A stretch of 64,000 nt of DNA from Euglena gracilis (Eukaryota): NCBI GenBank assembly GCA_039621445.1, contig CP154954.1, positions 6,459,425-6,523,424 on the forward strand, read 5' to 3'. Numbering within the stretch: position 1 is the first letter of the stretch; each line of letters opens with the position of its first letter. Made by a program: the position numbers and the translations under genes. This document shows, piece after piece, positions 25,901 through 37,659 of this stretch. The notes beneath the pieces are model-generated. The model ran no database searches and was not told where the DNA came from. It was given only the letters and a program-made list of their open reading frames with translations.

Positions 25901-28001
25901 AGGATGAATGTCAAGGTCAATCAAAATCACGGAACCATGTTTTCTTGTTAAAACGAAAAATTTCCGATGCATTGGTGTTCCGAGCTATCAACAAATCCCA
26001 TCCGCGAATCGGATCAGAAAGTAAATCCAACACAGAAACATCAGGGGGGGTGCGCGAAAATCATTCATGGCGTTGGATGCTCGCGCAATGTCACTTTCCA
26101 ATGCGCAAAAATTTATTTCATAGGCCAAGGTTTCAAATTGATGCGCTATCGCATTATGAAAAAGCCTATCGGCTCGCACTGGAATCCAACAAATTTCGGG
26201 GGGATTTGAGAGCTGGAAACATCGCAACGAAAGATTTCTTGAAAAGGTGTAATCACCACTCCAGGATCCTCGAATAAGGTGGTTTGGGAATAAATGTGCA
26301 TAAGCAAGAAAATCCTCTGCGGGATTCACAGAACAATTATGCGCCATCGCGCTTGATCCTGTGAATCATCTCCAGCGGGATATGCGGGGGGATGCATCAT
26401 AGGTGCAAACTTATCAAATGATGTTGCGACCAATGCGCGTAATCGCGAATGCGCTGGAGGGATGCACACTTTCCAAGGTCAATCGAATCGATATCGCGGA
26501 AACCTGTTTTCAAATTTGACTATTGCAATTGGAAAAGCATTCCAGGTGCCTTGGTGTACTTGGAGATTCTATTGGGGGGAACACGCGTAAAAGCGGGGTA
26601 TGTGAATCATCCCCTACATGTCCATAGGACTCAATCGGGGGGTGGGTGGGTTGGGCAAACCAATCACCACGGAGCGGAATCCGATATGCGGGGATTCGCA
26701 CATGTGCGCGCGCGATATGCGCGGTTCGCACTATGTGCGGGACGCGATATGCGCGGGGTGTGGGAGAGCGCCATAGGCGCAGGGGGCGCTATGCCAAATC
26801 CGAAGAGGGGGCTATGCACTGTGGTGCTTCGATTCACATCGCGAATTGCAAAAACTACCAAGTGGATTTGTGAGCTGTGCATAATTACCAAGGTGCTGAT
26901 GGGGTATCACCCTTTCAAGGCTTGTACCTTTGGTTATCTATTAAATCCGTACCAATTTTAGTCACTACCAGGTAGAGGGAAAAGTTCCCGGTTGCGGGAT
27001 CCAATCGGATTAGTTGGCAGTTTCAACTAGACATCCCAATCAAAATCATGGTAAGCGAAATTTCTCCGACAGTGCGCATTGGTAGGAGGGTGTGATGTAG
27101 TGCGCGTTTGTGTGGGTGTCAGTGCATAAGTTGGTGTCGGTTGGGGTGCTGGGGGTGTACAGGGGGGGTCTGAATCGCGACACACCTGGTGGAAAAACAA
27201 AGTTGTGCAGCTGGGCGGCTAGTCGACACCGAAAACCAGGCCTTTGGGCTTTCGCCTGGGAACCCAGCGAAACGTGCGGGGTTAAGCTACTGGCTTTCCC
27301 TACCGCATGGAAACGAGCGGAAAGTGCGGTGGGTAGGGGGGCTTTCTCTTACCCCAGGGTAGGAAACGTGTTTTCGGTTGTGGAAAACGTTGTGGAAATG
27401 CGGGGGACATCCTGGGGGATCACGGGGACAAGTTCGGGGGTTTGGTGTGCGGGGGTAGTGCGCAAACCGTGCGAGGACAATCCACCACCAATCGGTGTTG
27501 CCGAGGAACGAAAAACCGAGTATGACTTCTGACCCGGCGATATTCGCCTCGAATGCCCAAGTACCCAGAAAATTTTGGATGTGGGGGGTGTGTGTGGTGC
27601 TTCGGATGGGGAGGACTATGTCCAAATGACAGTCACCGCCTGCCGCATGGGCTGTTGTCAGCGGTCATAATTTTGATGGGATTCTTGGCATGAACCAAGA
27701 GGGGGGTGGGTATGAGTCCTTTGCGGAAAAGAAGGGGGATTAGACACCCTGTGTCGACTAAAATTTTGGTTTGTGCACAGAAATTTTGAGTTTTGATTTT
27801 CGCTTGGACCAAAAGTTCCATGGGGGGTATGCAAAGCGAAGGGTCGGGTGTAAAATTGTTGTTGCGCCAACTGTTCCATGACCCTTGGCTTACTTTGCTC
27901 AACATTCCAAGCAAAAATTTGGCGCGGGGAGTGGGGGACCCGAAACCTACCTCCATCTGTTCATCAGCCCAGAGGTCCGTGCCCTCAGACCTCGGGCTCC
28001 C
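22945..28001 (-). pseudogene. pol: Element A pol: protease, MTase and RT (heavily disrupted at ~25200-27100), RNase H, integrase, chromodomain
   Basis: ILVDTGC protease motif; RNase [15 protein letters not shown]; integrase HNQGH...CQIC and SDQD/GRAE core; WLGPCEI; chromodomain [18 protein letters not shown]. Several frameshifts. Confidence 0.9.
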
Positions 28002-31000
28002 CTACTCCATATCGGAGTCGGCCTTTTGGCCTATGGTGGACTTCCTAGAATAAATTGCGCGTATCGCGCGAATGGCATTCCTGTCTTCCGCCAACTCATC
28101 CTCGGTGCTCTCATCCCCCTCCCTGCCCGAAACCAGGTCTTTTTCCTCGGTAGAGGATATTTTGAAACCAACCCGTTGCCTATTGGCAGAACCGCGATTG
28201 GAATCGCGATGACCATGGCTAGGGCGGGGAGAGCGGGACCGGGGGCACTTGGATGAATGGTGGTCTTTAGACCCACAAAGGGAACAACCGGTTCGCGAAT
28301 GCGATTGCCTTTTGGCATCATAGCGACGCGGGGAGCGGATATCCGCTCGACCGCGGTCGGATCGCGAAGAGGATGACCTACTTCGCGACCGAGATCGCGA
28401 AGAATCGCGATTGGCATCCCGATTGCGGGTATGGGGACGGGGGGACCGACCTCGCGGTTTGAAACCACGTCCGCTATTGCGGTGGGGTGAACGGGAACGC
28501 GGTCTTCCATCACCCGATCGGTATCCCGACCGCTGCGAATGCGCAGATCGTGAGGAACGCGAACTCCAGGAAGAGAGGGATCCTCGGGGGCTCTTACTGC
28601 GCTTTCGCGCTTGGGGGTTCGGACATTCGCGAGACATATGTCCCGGTTGATTACACAAAAAGCACACTTTGTGCGAAACTTGGTCAGAAGAGCGCGAATA
28701 GCGCGGTTTGGATTCCCGTGTCGGGGATTTTTGAGCGCGGATAGCGCGTTTTGGGATCACTGGATGGTGATTTTGGTGATTTTGGGGAGGTAGTCCTTTG
28801 GACTGCATGGACTGAACCGGTGGGTACACCCGCGATAGGGTGGTGGTGATATGCCGATTCAATCTGTCCCAGAAGTTGTGATAACTTCATTTGTTTGGAA
28901 ATATAATTCCATCTCTCATCAAGAGTCAAAATGTGTCCCGCGAGTTCCTCGCGGTGAATTTCCTTGATGAGTTTGGGGATATAGCGCAGTAATACCGCAT
29001 CAAATTGTTCTTTGATTTGCTTTTCCCCTAACTCATCAACCTCGGCTGCTAATGCAAGCCACTTGGAGTACCACAAGTCTATCGACTTCCATTTGCGGTC
29101 CGGGGGGGTGAATTGGCGCCATTTGTTTTCCAGACTGATTCTGGAAACCAAACTGGAGCATGAAGAAGCATATTGCTCAACCAATTCTTCAAAAGAAATG
29201 CGCCTGCCAATGACCAATTGTCTGGCGCGTTCTTTTTCGTCCCTGGGGAGGCAATCGATGAATTCCATCTTGATTACCTCCGGGTTGTCATCTTGGGTGG
29301 GTCCCTTCAAATCCCAGTAATATTCCCAATTGCGGAAAAATTGTTTCCACGTGGTGGGGTCACCGTCCCATTGGGGCTTCACCTTGTTCGCCATCGCGAT
29401 GGTGCCTTTGAAATCTTTCTGAGAAACCCGTGGGCCTTCGGTGGTATTCCAGGGGCGTGGGCCCGGGCGCGAAATCGCACCATGTGCAGGTACTCCGGTG
29501 GTTGCACCAAGGGTATTGTTCGGGTTATTCTGCGATTGCGCATGGAACATACCACTTAGTGTACCATAGGTACCATGCAAATTAGGGGAATCGCGATTGC
29601 GCGAATGGTGATGCGGTTGCGCATGTGGGGGTGAGGTATCACATGGTTGCACCATTGGTGCTACTAAGCGAATTTGGGAGGTGTGACCAATACCCGGTGT
29701 AGTGGTGCGGATCATACCACGAATAAGTTCGGATTCCCGAATCTCTTGATTTAAGAGGGGGGTAGGTCTGGTTTTCGCTTGAAAACCCGACTCATCATCC
29801 GAAAACTCGTCCATTGGGACTGGTAATGCTAGTGGGGAAACGCGATTTGGTGGCAATGTGCCTGTGGACTCGGGAATTGGTGCGCGAATAGCGCTTTTGG
29901 AGCTGGAAGATGCGGCAAGTGTGCCAACCATACCCGATTGCGGGTTTTGGTGGATGGAACGCAGTTGTGCGTGAATTTGGTCCAAATTTGTTGCAAATTC
30001 ATGCACACTTTGCTCCAAATGGTCAACAACCTGCCAATTGTCGGTTATCCGACCCACATCCTCCTGCAAACGCTTAATCCGCCTACGGTATGAGGGTAGT
30101 TCATCCAAAAGCGGGATTTTGTCAGAAATTGACTGAAAATCGTGCGAAATTGCACCAAACCCAGTGTCCAATTCCTGTAGTCTTGTCACCAAAGTGCGCA
30201 TCGCACTGGAAATGGCCTCCAATTGTGGAGATGGCTTGGTGGGGTGGTCCGAATGCGGACTTTTGACTTTTTCAGCCATTGGCTGTTCCATCAAGACAGA
30301 AACTTGCGCGGATAGCGCGGTAATGTCATTTTGCAGTTTTGTGACATCCTGCTTCACCGTTTTCTCGGTGTTCATGAGACTGTCACAAAATCCTTGCATG
30401 ATTTGGTGATTTTCCGCGCGCATTTCAGCGCAAATCTTGTCCAAGTGTGTTTTTGGGAGTGTGGGGGTAGGTGTTGGTAACGGCAATGTGCCTTGGGGTG
30501 GTGATTGCACCTGAAGCATTTTTGTGCTCATTTCTTGCATGCGTTTGTGCAAATCCGCTATCGCGGTTTGAATGCCGGTAACATCCGGGATCCTACCAGC
30601 TACTTCCGCATAGCGGGTGTGTAACTTAGCCAATGAGGCTTCAATGTTACCAACATCCTGTTGTAACTGTTTGTGCAAATCGGACATGGTGGCTTTGAGT
30701 CCACTAATATCCGGTGTTGGTGCACGGGTTGCCGCATTGCGGTTTTACAAATCCGCGATTGCGGTTCGGAATTCCATTGTGTCATTTTGCCACTGTTGTT
30801 GCAAATTCTCAATCCTACTCGCGATATTCGCGATTTGGGTGTGAAAACTTGCAATTTCAGCGGGAATCTCACCACAATGGCAAGATTTCTGCTCCAATCG
30901 GGAAAGTCTTTCCTCCAATTGTTGCACATACGTGCGGGGGGCAAAACTTTCATTGGCTTGTGCAGAAAAGTTGGCAAAATTCGCGGAATCACCGCTCAGT

Positions 31001-32127
31001 TGGAAAATGCGCTGTTGCGCTTCCTGAAATGCGGTTGCAAGTGTGGAGAATTGCTCCATGGTAATAAATTGTCCCAAATCGGGATTTTTGATGGGGGGCT
31101 CATGCAACTTTTGCTGCAATTGTGGAAAAATTGCCGTAATTGGCTCCAATTGATGAGACAAAGCTTGCAAACTATGTTGCATGTTGGAGAAAATCGCATC
31201 ATTGCGGGATTGTGTTTCACACATGGCTTCACTCACTTTTTGGAAGTGTTGTGGCAAGTATGCCTGCAAATGTGTGTCTAAACCTTGTCGCAAAGTTGCT
31301 AGGTCCACATTGGTGGATTGAAAGTTTGTTTGGCAATATTGACCAACATCACGCACATAACTCCAAAGGTAATTGAGCTTGTGCTCTACAACCTTTTGGT
31401 TGTTCTCATCAAAATCCAAAACCTTGTTAAGTGTCATAGCGCAATCCGCTACACAAGTGTGGACATGGGAAATTTGCCGCGTTAGCGGGTGGTCCACTGG
31501 AAGATTTGCGACTATGCGCTGAATCACGGTGATGGGTTGAGGGGAAATATTTTCCAACTCTTCCGCATCACTGCTCATGGACTCTGTGGGACTTGTATAA
31601 GCTGGAACTGTCAAACGCATCTCCGGATGCCATGGCAATGCCGGAAAAGAACCCGTATCGGGTGGTGCGGGCAATTGTCCAATCGGACTTGTGGGTTGAA
31701 GAATAGGGGGGGGCTGAAAAAAACATGGTGTTTCTAACCCACCCTCACCAAAACTTTGCCGTGGCGTATCCGCCTCAGAGTCAAATGTGCCTATCGGCAC
31801 CAGTGCGAGATCTCGCTGGGGGGAATGGGTGTTAGCCGATCGGCTTTCCAACAAAAGGGGTTGTGCCTGTTGGGCATGGGGTTGCTCTATAGAGCTTGAC
31901 ACCGGTAGGTGTGGGGAGGCCCATTGGGCGGGGGGAGGATTACTCGACACAGACACCGATAGGTGTGACACACGCGGGGAAGGAGGATTACCTTTGGAAT
32001 GGATCAATGCTTGATTACCCCTATGGGGTTGTGAATGCTCAATAGAGCTGGTCAATGGTGCTGCATGTTCGAGTCCACGAAGTGAACCAATCAATGCAGC
32101 GTAGTCGATGGGAGTTGTGCTCTGCAT
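28002..32127 (-). CDS. gag: Element A gag (coiled-coil N-terminus, capsid-like domain, two CCHC knuckles, RS-rich); one in-frame TAA and one frameshift
   Basis: ORFs 30745-32184, 28684-30687 and 28002-28862; motifs PQWDGDPTTWKQF, CFLCNQPGHMSREC and CSLCGSKDHHSSKC; colinear with element B gag. Confidence 0.9.
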
Positions 32128-32362
32128 TTTTAAGGCAAAAACGCAAAAACCAAGTGTAGATTGTGGGGTAAAATGCAGGAACAAGTGTAAAAAGAGGGGA
32201 TAGTATAAAAAGTAAGCAGAGACCCGGAACTCTGACGTTTGAAGCAGCGTATACTGCGAACCGTCAGAGGACGTGTCCGTGCGTACGGCTTTGGCCGGAA
32301 ACGGCTTGTAGTGCCTGTGGTCGCCTATAGGCGGGGCACCACACGACCGTTTGCGGTTAAAA

Positions 32363-32388
32363 GGATCGAAAAACCTAAACTGCTACCA
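32363..32388 (-). other. Element A primer-binding site (initiator tRNA-Met type)
   Basis: The minus strand reads TGGTAGCAGTTTAGGTTTTTCGATCC directly after the 5' LTR. It resembles the complement of the eukaryotic tRNAiMet 3' end (...GGATCGAAACC...CTGCTACCA). Confidence 0.8.
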
Positions 32389-32789
32389 GGTGTATGTCCT
32401 ACCTTATCGCTTTCGCCCTTTGGTGCGCAGAAAAAGACATAAGTAGGAGTAACAGGAAAAATATAAAATAAATATAAAAGTTGTATTGCCCTTTTCCCCA
32501 ATTAAGAGGCAGAGCACAAGACGCTGTTGGAAGCCCTATGGGCTACGACAAAAGATGCCAAGTATCTGGCAGTCCTTTCAGGACTTGTTTGATCAAATCA
32601 AAAACTTGAAGATTGAAAGAAGCAAAGAATACCACCTGCAGAGAGGAGGTCACGTGATCACACGTGATCGTGATCACGATTATCCCTAGGCTCTGCCACA
32701 ATCCTAATTCTGAGACTATGCTCAGCATTCAGATTGTGGATGAGCAGTTCTATGGCGAACCACAGAACTGGGATCGTGCCTGGTACACA
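32389..32789 (-). repeat. Element A 5' LTR
   Basis: 401-bp direct repeat of 15740-16139. Confidence 0.95.
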
Positions 32790-33019
32790 CCTGCCCCCTG
32801 CCAGATCTCATTCCCCATTCCGAAGCCCCTACCACACAGGTTCCGGTTTGTGCCATGTGTGCAATGGCACGAGGGCAGACCCCGAGGTTGACGTTGCGAC
32901 TTCCCTTCAAGGCATGCGCGTACCCACGTTTCCCGAGAATTTTCTGCGCAACACTGCGTCCCTGATCACCGGAAATCACGGTGGAATTGGATCCGCAAAA
33001 CGAGAAGATATGGGCCCAG

Positions 33020-33333
33020 TGTGTACCAGGCGTATGCTTCTGTCCCCTTCCGTTGAGGAAGTTAGGATGGAAGCAGATCCTATTAGGATCTCCTAACGGG
33101 TGCCCCTTCTCTCTCCACAGGTGGTATTCTTCTTTATACCTTTTCCTTCCTTTCCATCGGACGGGACTTGGTTATCCAGTCCGTCCTCTCTGCATTGCTC
33201 TGTGCTTTGCTTCTTGGGAAGTGGGAAAAGGGATTTTCTGTTACTCTGATTTTCAGTTCCCAAGTAGGTGCGCCAAGGCAAAAGCGAAGGCTTTTGGGAA
33301 TTGGGAAAGAGAATTGGGAATCAGACGTACACT
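33020..33333 (+). repeat. Element B 5' LTR (TGTGTACC...CGTACACT)
   Basis: Direct repeat of 49281-49594. Confidence 0.95.
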
Positions 33334-33490
33334 TGGTAGCAGATTGGTTACGATCCTATACACACTTCACAAACAGAAAGGCTACCAGGTATTACACTTG
33401 GTAGCAGATTAGGTCACGATCCTACACATACAGCCCATACAGAAAGAAACGCTATCAAGTATTACGCTTGGTAGCAGATTGGTTCGATCC
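33334..33490 (+). other. Element B primer-binding site (tRNAiMet type) in three tandem copies (33334, 33399, 33469)
   Basis: TGGTAGCAGATT(A)GGT..CGATCC occurs three times at 65/70-bp spacing. Confidence 0.85.
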
Positions 33491-33682
33491 TACGCTGACT
33501 GGCAGCGGAGAGCCCCTGCACCGTTATTACACGGTCGCAGCGTCAGCTCCCGGCTTCTAGTCAACGTCTAAGCAGACGAGCAGGCTCCGGAAGGCTCTGT
33601 ACGGTATTACCCGTTACAGCCCCTCTGGTGCCAGCACAACTGCTTAGTTTTGTGGGTTTTTGCTGTTTTTGTCATCAGAAAG

Positions 33683-36600
33683 ATGCAAAGCACAGGCCCC
33701 AACCATCAATTCACTTATGCCTTATTACAGGCATCATTGCAAGACATTGACCAATAAAATGGGGATTGGAAGCTTTTATGTGAAAGTGCTTCCAGTTCCC
33801 ACGCCGATGAGGCACAATTGGCTCAATTGGCACAATTGCAACATTTGTCATCATTGACAGTGGTCGGCGATGAGCCCTCCACATCATTGGCTTCAGAGGC
33901 TAATGCGGCCTCTTCCGCACTCACCTTGCCACAACGGGGGTATTCGCCTCTGTCTGCGGCAATGGTGCAGCTGCGCACACCGGAGAGACCCGTGGTGATT
34001 CCGCCACCGGGCTTCTCTGGTGATGGTGGGCTAGAAACCCCGTGTTTCTTTCAACCACCACCCGTTCCTCCACCGGCAAGCCCTTACAGAGCTTTGCCAC
34101 CACCACCCGATCTCGGGTGCTATCCCGCACTACCTTGGCAACCGGAGACTCGCCTAGTGGTACCAGAATTCTCTGGCACGTCCCAACCCATGGATGCCTA
34201 TGGGAAGGGCACTGGTGAGCTCCTTACCGCTGAGGATGTGCAGGATATCGTTGCTCGGCTTCCAGGGGATCACCCCCTTGTGAGGCAGTTCAACCATGTG
34301 CAACAATGCGTTGCAGAGTGTGCAACCGCACTCAACAAAGTGCTCCAGTTTGATGATGACAACCAAAAACATGTCTTCACCAAGCTGGAATTCTGCTGGA
34401 ATTATTTGCAGGAAGTTGGCAAATATTGCCAGAGGAATTTCGAAAGTGCGGGTATTGACCTTGCAAACTTTCGGGAAACCTTTGACAAAATGTGCCAACA
34501 ACTCCCGCAACACTTCCGGCAAATTAGTGAATGCATGCATGAAGCGGAAACCCGGAATGACTCCAAGTTTCTGCACTTGCATGACTCACTACAACGGTTA
34601 TCGGGACAAATGGAGTCCTGTTCATCCGCGTTGTTGCATTTGCAACAACAGTTGCATGCACGAGATTCCTCGTCTGCAACACTCAGCAGTGGTGGATTTT
34701 TGTCTATGGACCATTTCACCACATTGTCCGCAACTTTCCATGAATCGCAACACCGCATTATGCAGTTGTGCGATGAAACGGAAAAGTTTCGGCAATTCCA
34801 GTCACAAGCCAACGAGAATTTTGCTCCCCACACGTATGTGCGGCAGTTGGAGGAGCGACTTTCCCGTTTGGAGCAGAAAACCTGCTATTGTGACGCGAAT
34901 CGGGTTGGATTATCCAATCTGAGCGCGAAAGTCGCGGAAATGGCACAACGGCAGGATTCCCTGCAGTTGCAGTTGCAATCCGACATTGGCGGGATTAACT
35001 CGGCCATTGCGGGTTTGCAACAAAGCTATTCCGCACTTTCCCACCGAGTTCCGGACATTAGCGGTATTCAGACTGCTATTGGAGAACTCCAGACCCGGTA
35101 TGCATCGGTGTCTACCAAAGTAACGGAAATGCAGTCTCTACCTGCAGGTTCCAGTTCTCGAATTACCGAGAACCCTGATTTCAAGGCATTTTATGACAAA
35201 ATGCTCACTAACAATCAGGAAACCTTGCAAGATTTCTGCAACAGCCTATTACGGCTTGAGGAATCGGTGAATCGGAATGCCCGATCCACGCAAAGTGATA
35301 TTACCAGGTTGGATGAGCGAATTTCCGCGTTGGTGGATAAGCCACAACCCGGAAATTTGCCCGTGGGTACCACAACCGCGTTCTCGGATAACCCTGCACC
35401 GGTTGCACCCACCACCACACCAACCAAGGTGACATCACCTTTGCAGATTCTCTCAAATGCTGTAAAAGCATTAATGGGACAACTCCAATTATTGGATAAG
35501 TCTCAAGGGAAACTTGTCCAAGATGTTACCGGAATTTCCGAAAGGATTCCGCACTTGGATGACTTTTCCCGTTATCGCAAACGTATTCGCGCTTTGGAGG
35601 ATGAAGTTGACCGTATTTGCGGCCAACTCCAACTCGTTGAGCATTTGGAGCAAAGTGTGCATGACTTGTCTGTGGGTTTGGATAATGTGTCCAACCAACA
35701 GCGGGTTTCACACCGCAATTCGGCAGTATGCATTGCCGAAGATGCGCCAAATGTTCCAGAGTCGCGTTTTCATAACCCGGCTCTGGGTGCACATGCACCA
35801 CCACCACCCGTGTCCCGAGTGTCACAATCCGCGATTCCGCGAATTGTGCCACCATTGGCCTTGTCCACAACCCAAACCCAGTTTTCGGATGAATCTCCCA
35901 TTACGGGAACCGAATTCGCGGAAAACATGGCGATTCCGCCAAGTCTCCACCAAGAAATCCATCATTCCATGCTTGTGCGTGGAATGAGCCAAACCCGTAC
36001 ACCGGGAGTGGGTCACATGTTGCATGCGCGACATACCCCCACACCGGAGAGTCTCCCTATTACGGGTGACCAACAGGGTTTGCGACCGGATTTCCGGTAC
36101 CAGGATTCACCTTCACCAGAAATTTCGCGATTCCGACAAGAATCCGGAAAGGATACGCTTGGTGCTCGAGCGTACCCGGGCCCGAATCCACGGAATACCA
36201 CCGAGGGCCAACGGGTTTTTCAGAAAGACTTCAAGGGCACCATCGCAATCGCGAACAAGGTGAAACCCCAGTGGGATGGTGATCCAACCACATGGAGACA
36301 GTTTTTCCGGGACTGGGAGTACTACTGGGCATTGAAAGGGCCAACCCAGGACACAAACCCGGAGGTGATCAAGATGGAATTCATCGATTGCCTCCCTAGG
36401 GATGAGAAGGAGCGCGCGCGACAACTCGTCATTCGCTACCGCGTTTCCTTTGATGACCTGGTGGAGCAATACGCTTCCACCAGTTCAAGTTTGGTCGCTA
36501 GGATTACCCTGGAGACCAAGTGGCGGCAATGCGCCCCACCCGATCGCAAGTGGAAGTCCATTGACCTTTGGTATGCCAAATGGTTGGGACTTGCCGCTGA

Positions 36601-37659
36601 AGTGGATGAACTCAGTGAAAAGCAAATGCGCGAACAGTTTGACGCTGTTCTAATGCATTTCACGCCTAGCCTCATCAAGGATATCCATCGTGAGGAGTTG
36701 GCGGGTAATGCAATGACTCTTGACCAACGCTGGAACTACGTTTCCAAGCAATTGAAGCTATCACAGCTTCTTGGTCAAATTCAATCCGCGTATACCGCAC
36801 ACCCAACCGCTGGATTACCGGCTGGTTCGGTGAACGCATTACAAAAATCACCGGTTTCACCCACTTCACCCACCACGGGATCGAAAACGCGATACCCGCG
36901 TTCTTCGGACCAAGCCACGGATAAAGTGTGCTTTTTGTGTAACAAATCGGGACATATGTCTCGGGAATGTCCTAACCCTGAAGCGCGAAAGCGTATTCAG
37001 AGTCCGCGAGGCTCGACTTCATCACGAGGTTCGGGTTCCTCCGCGTTTTCACGCCAATCGGGCAATTCACGGTCATCGGGTCCCCGTTCCGGTGGTATTA
37101 GCCCCGGATCCCGTTCCGCGATGAGCGGAAACACGGTACCCCTCGGGGTAGGTCACCCGGTGCCCCGGCCAAGAAGCGTGATTCTCATCGCGAGACATCG
37201 CGATCGCGTTCGCGAAGCGGATCATCTTCTTCGCGATCCTCATCGGGAAAACCCCGATACACCGGTCATGGTCGACGGGATACCCGGTCACCACGACGGT
37301 TTGACGGGAAATCGGGAAACCGATCCCCCCGTTACCAAGAATCGCGACCCAAATCTCGGTGTTCGCTTTGTGGATCGAGTGATCACCACTCATCCAAATG
37401 TCCGCGTTCTCGTTCTCCCCGCCCTGGCCAACGTCATCGCGGTATGAATCGCGGTGACAAGGGTCACTCCTCCAACCGCCATAAAGTCGGTTTCAAGATA
37501 TCTTGTTTGGAGGATGACACCCCGGCTTCGGGCAGGGAGGGGGATGAGACCACGGATACCAATTTCGACGAGGCCCGCATGGCGGTGCGCACGTTGAAAT
37601 CCATTTACAACTCTAAAAGGCCCATAGCCGGCTATTCGGCCGGTTCGGACCTGGAGTAG
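33683..37659 (+). CDS. gag: Element B gag (~1320 codons); in-frame TAA at 33755 and one frameshift near 37110
   Basis: ATG 33683 (MQST, as in element A) is in frame with ORF 33818-37447. Knuckles CFLCNKSGHMSREC and, after the shift, CSLCGSSDHHSSKC; ends SDLE-TAG. Confidence 0.9.

Larger units (their letters stand above)
15740..32789 (-). mobile_element. Element A: full-length ~17.0-kb chromodomain Ty3/Gypsy LTR retrotransposon with MTase domain and extra 3' ORF
   Basis: Two ~400-bp LTRs differing at ~6 positions; 5-bp TSD cctgc at 15735-15739 and 32790-32794; PBS, PPT, and gag-PR-(MT)-RT-RH-IN-CHD domain order. Confidence 0.95.

Noticed and set aside
33334-33490. CRISPR-like repeat-spacer array
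   Set aside because: Only three units, the repeat is the retroelement PBS, the spacers resemble each other, there are no cas genes, and the context is eukaryotic.
37090-37130. Programmed frameshift within gag
   Set aside because: The shift lies at a different position in element A (~28730) and there is no slippery site; likely mutation or sequencing error.
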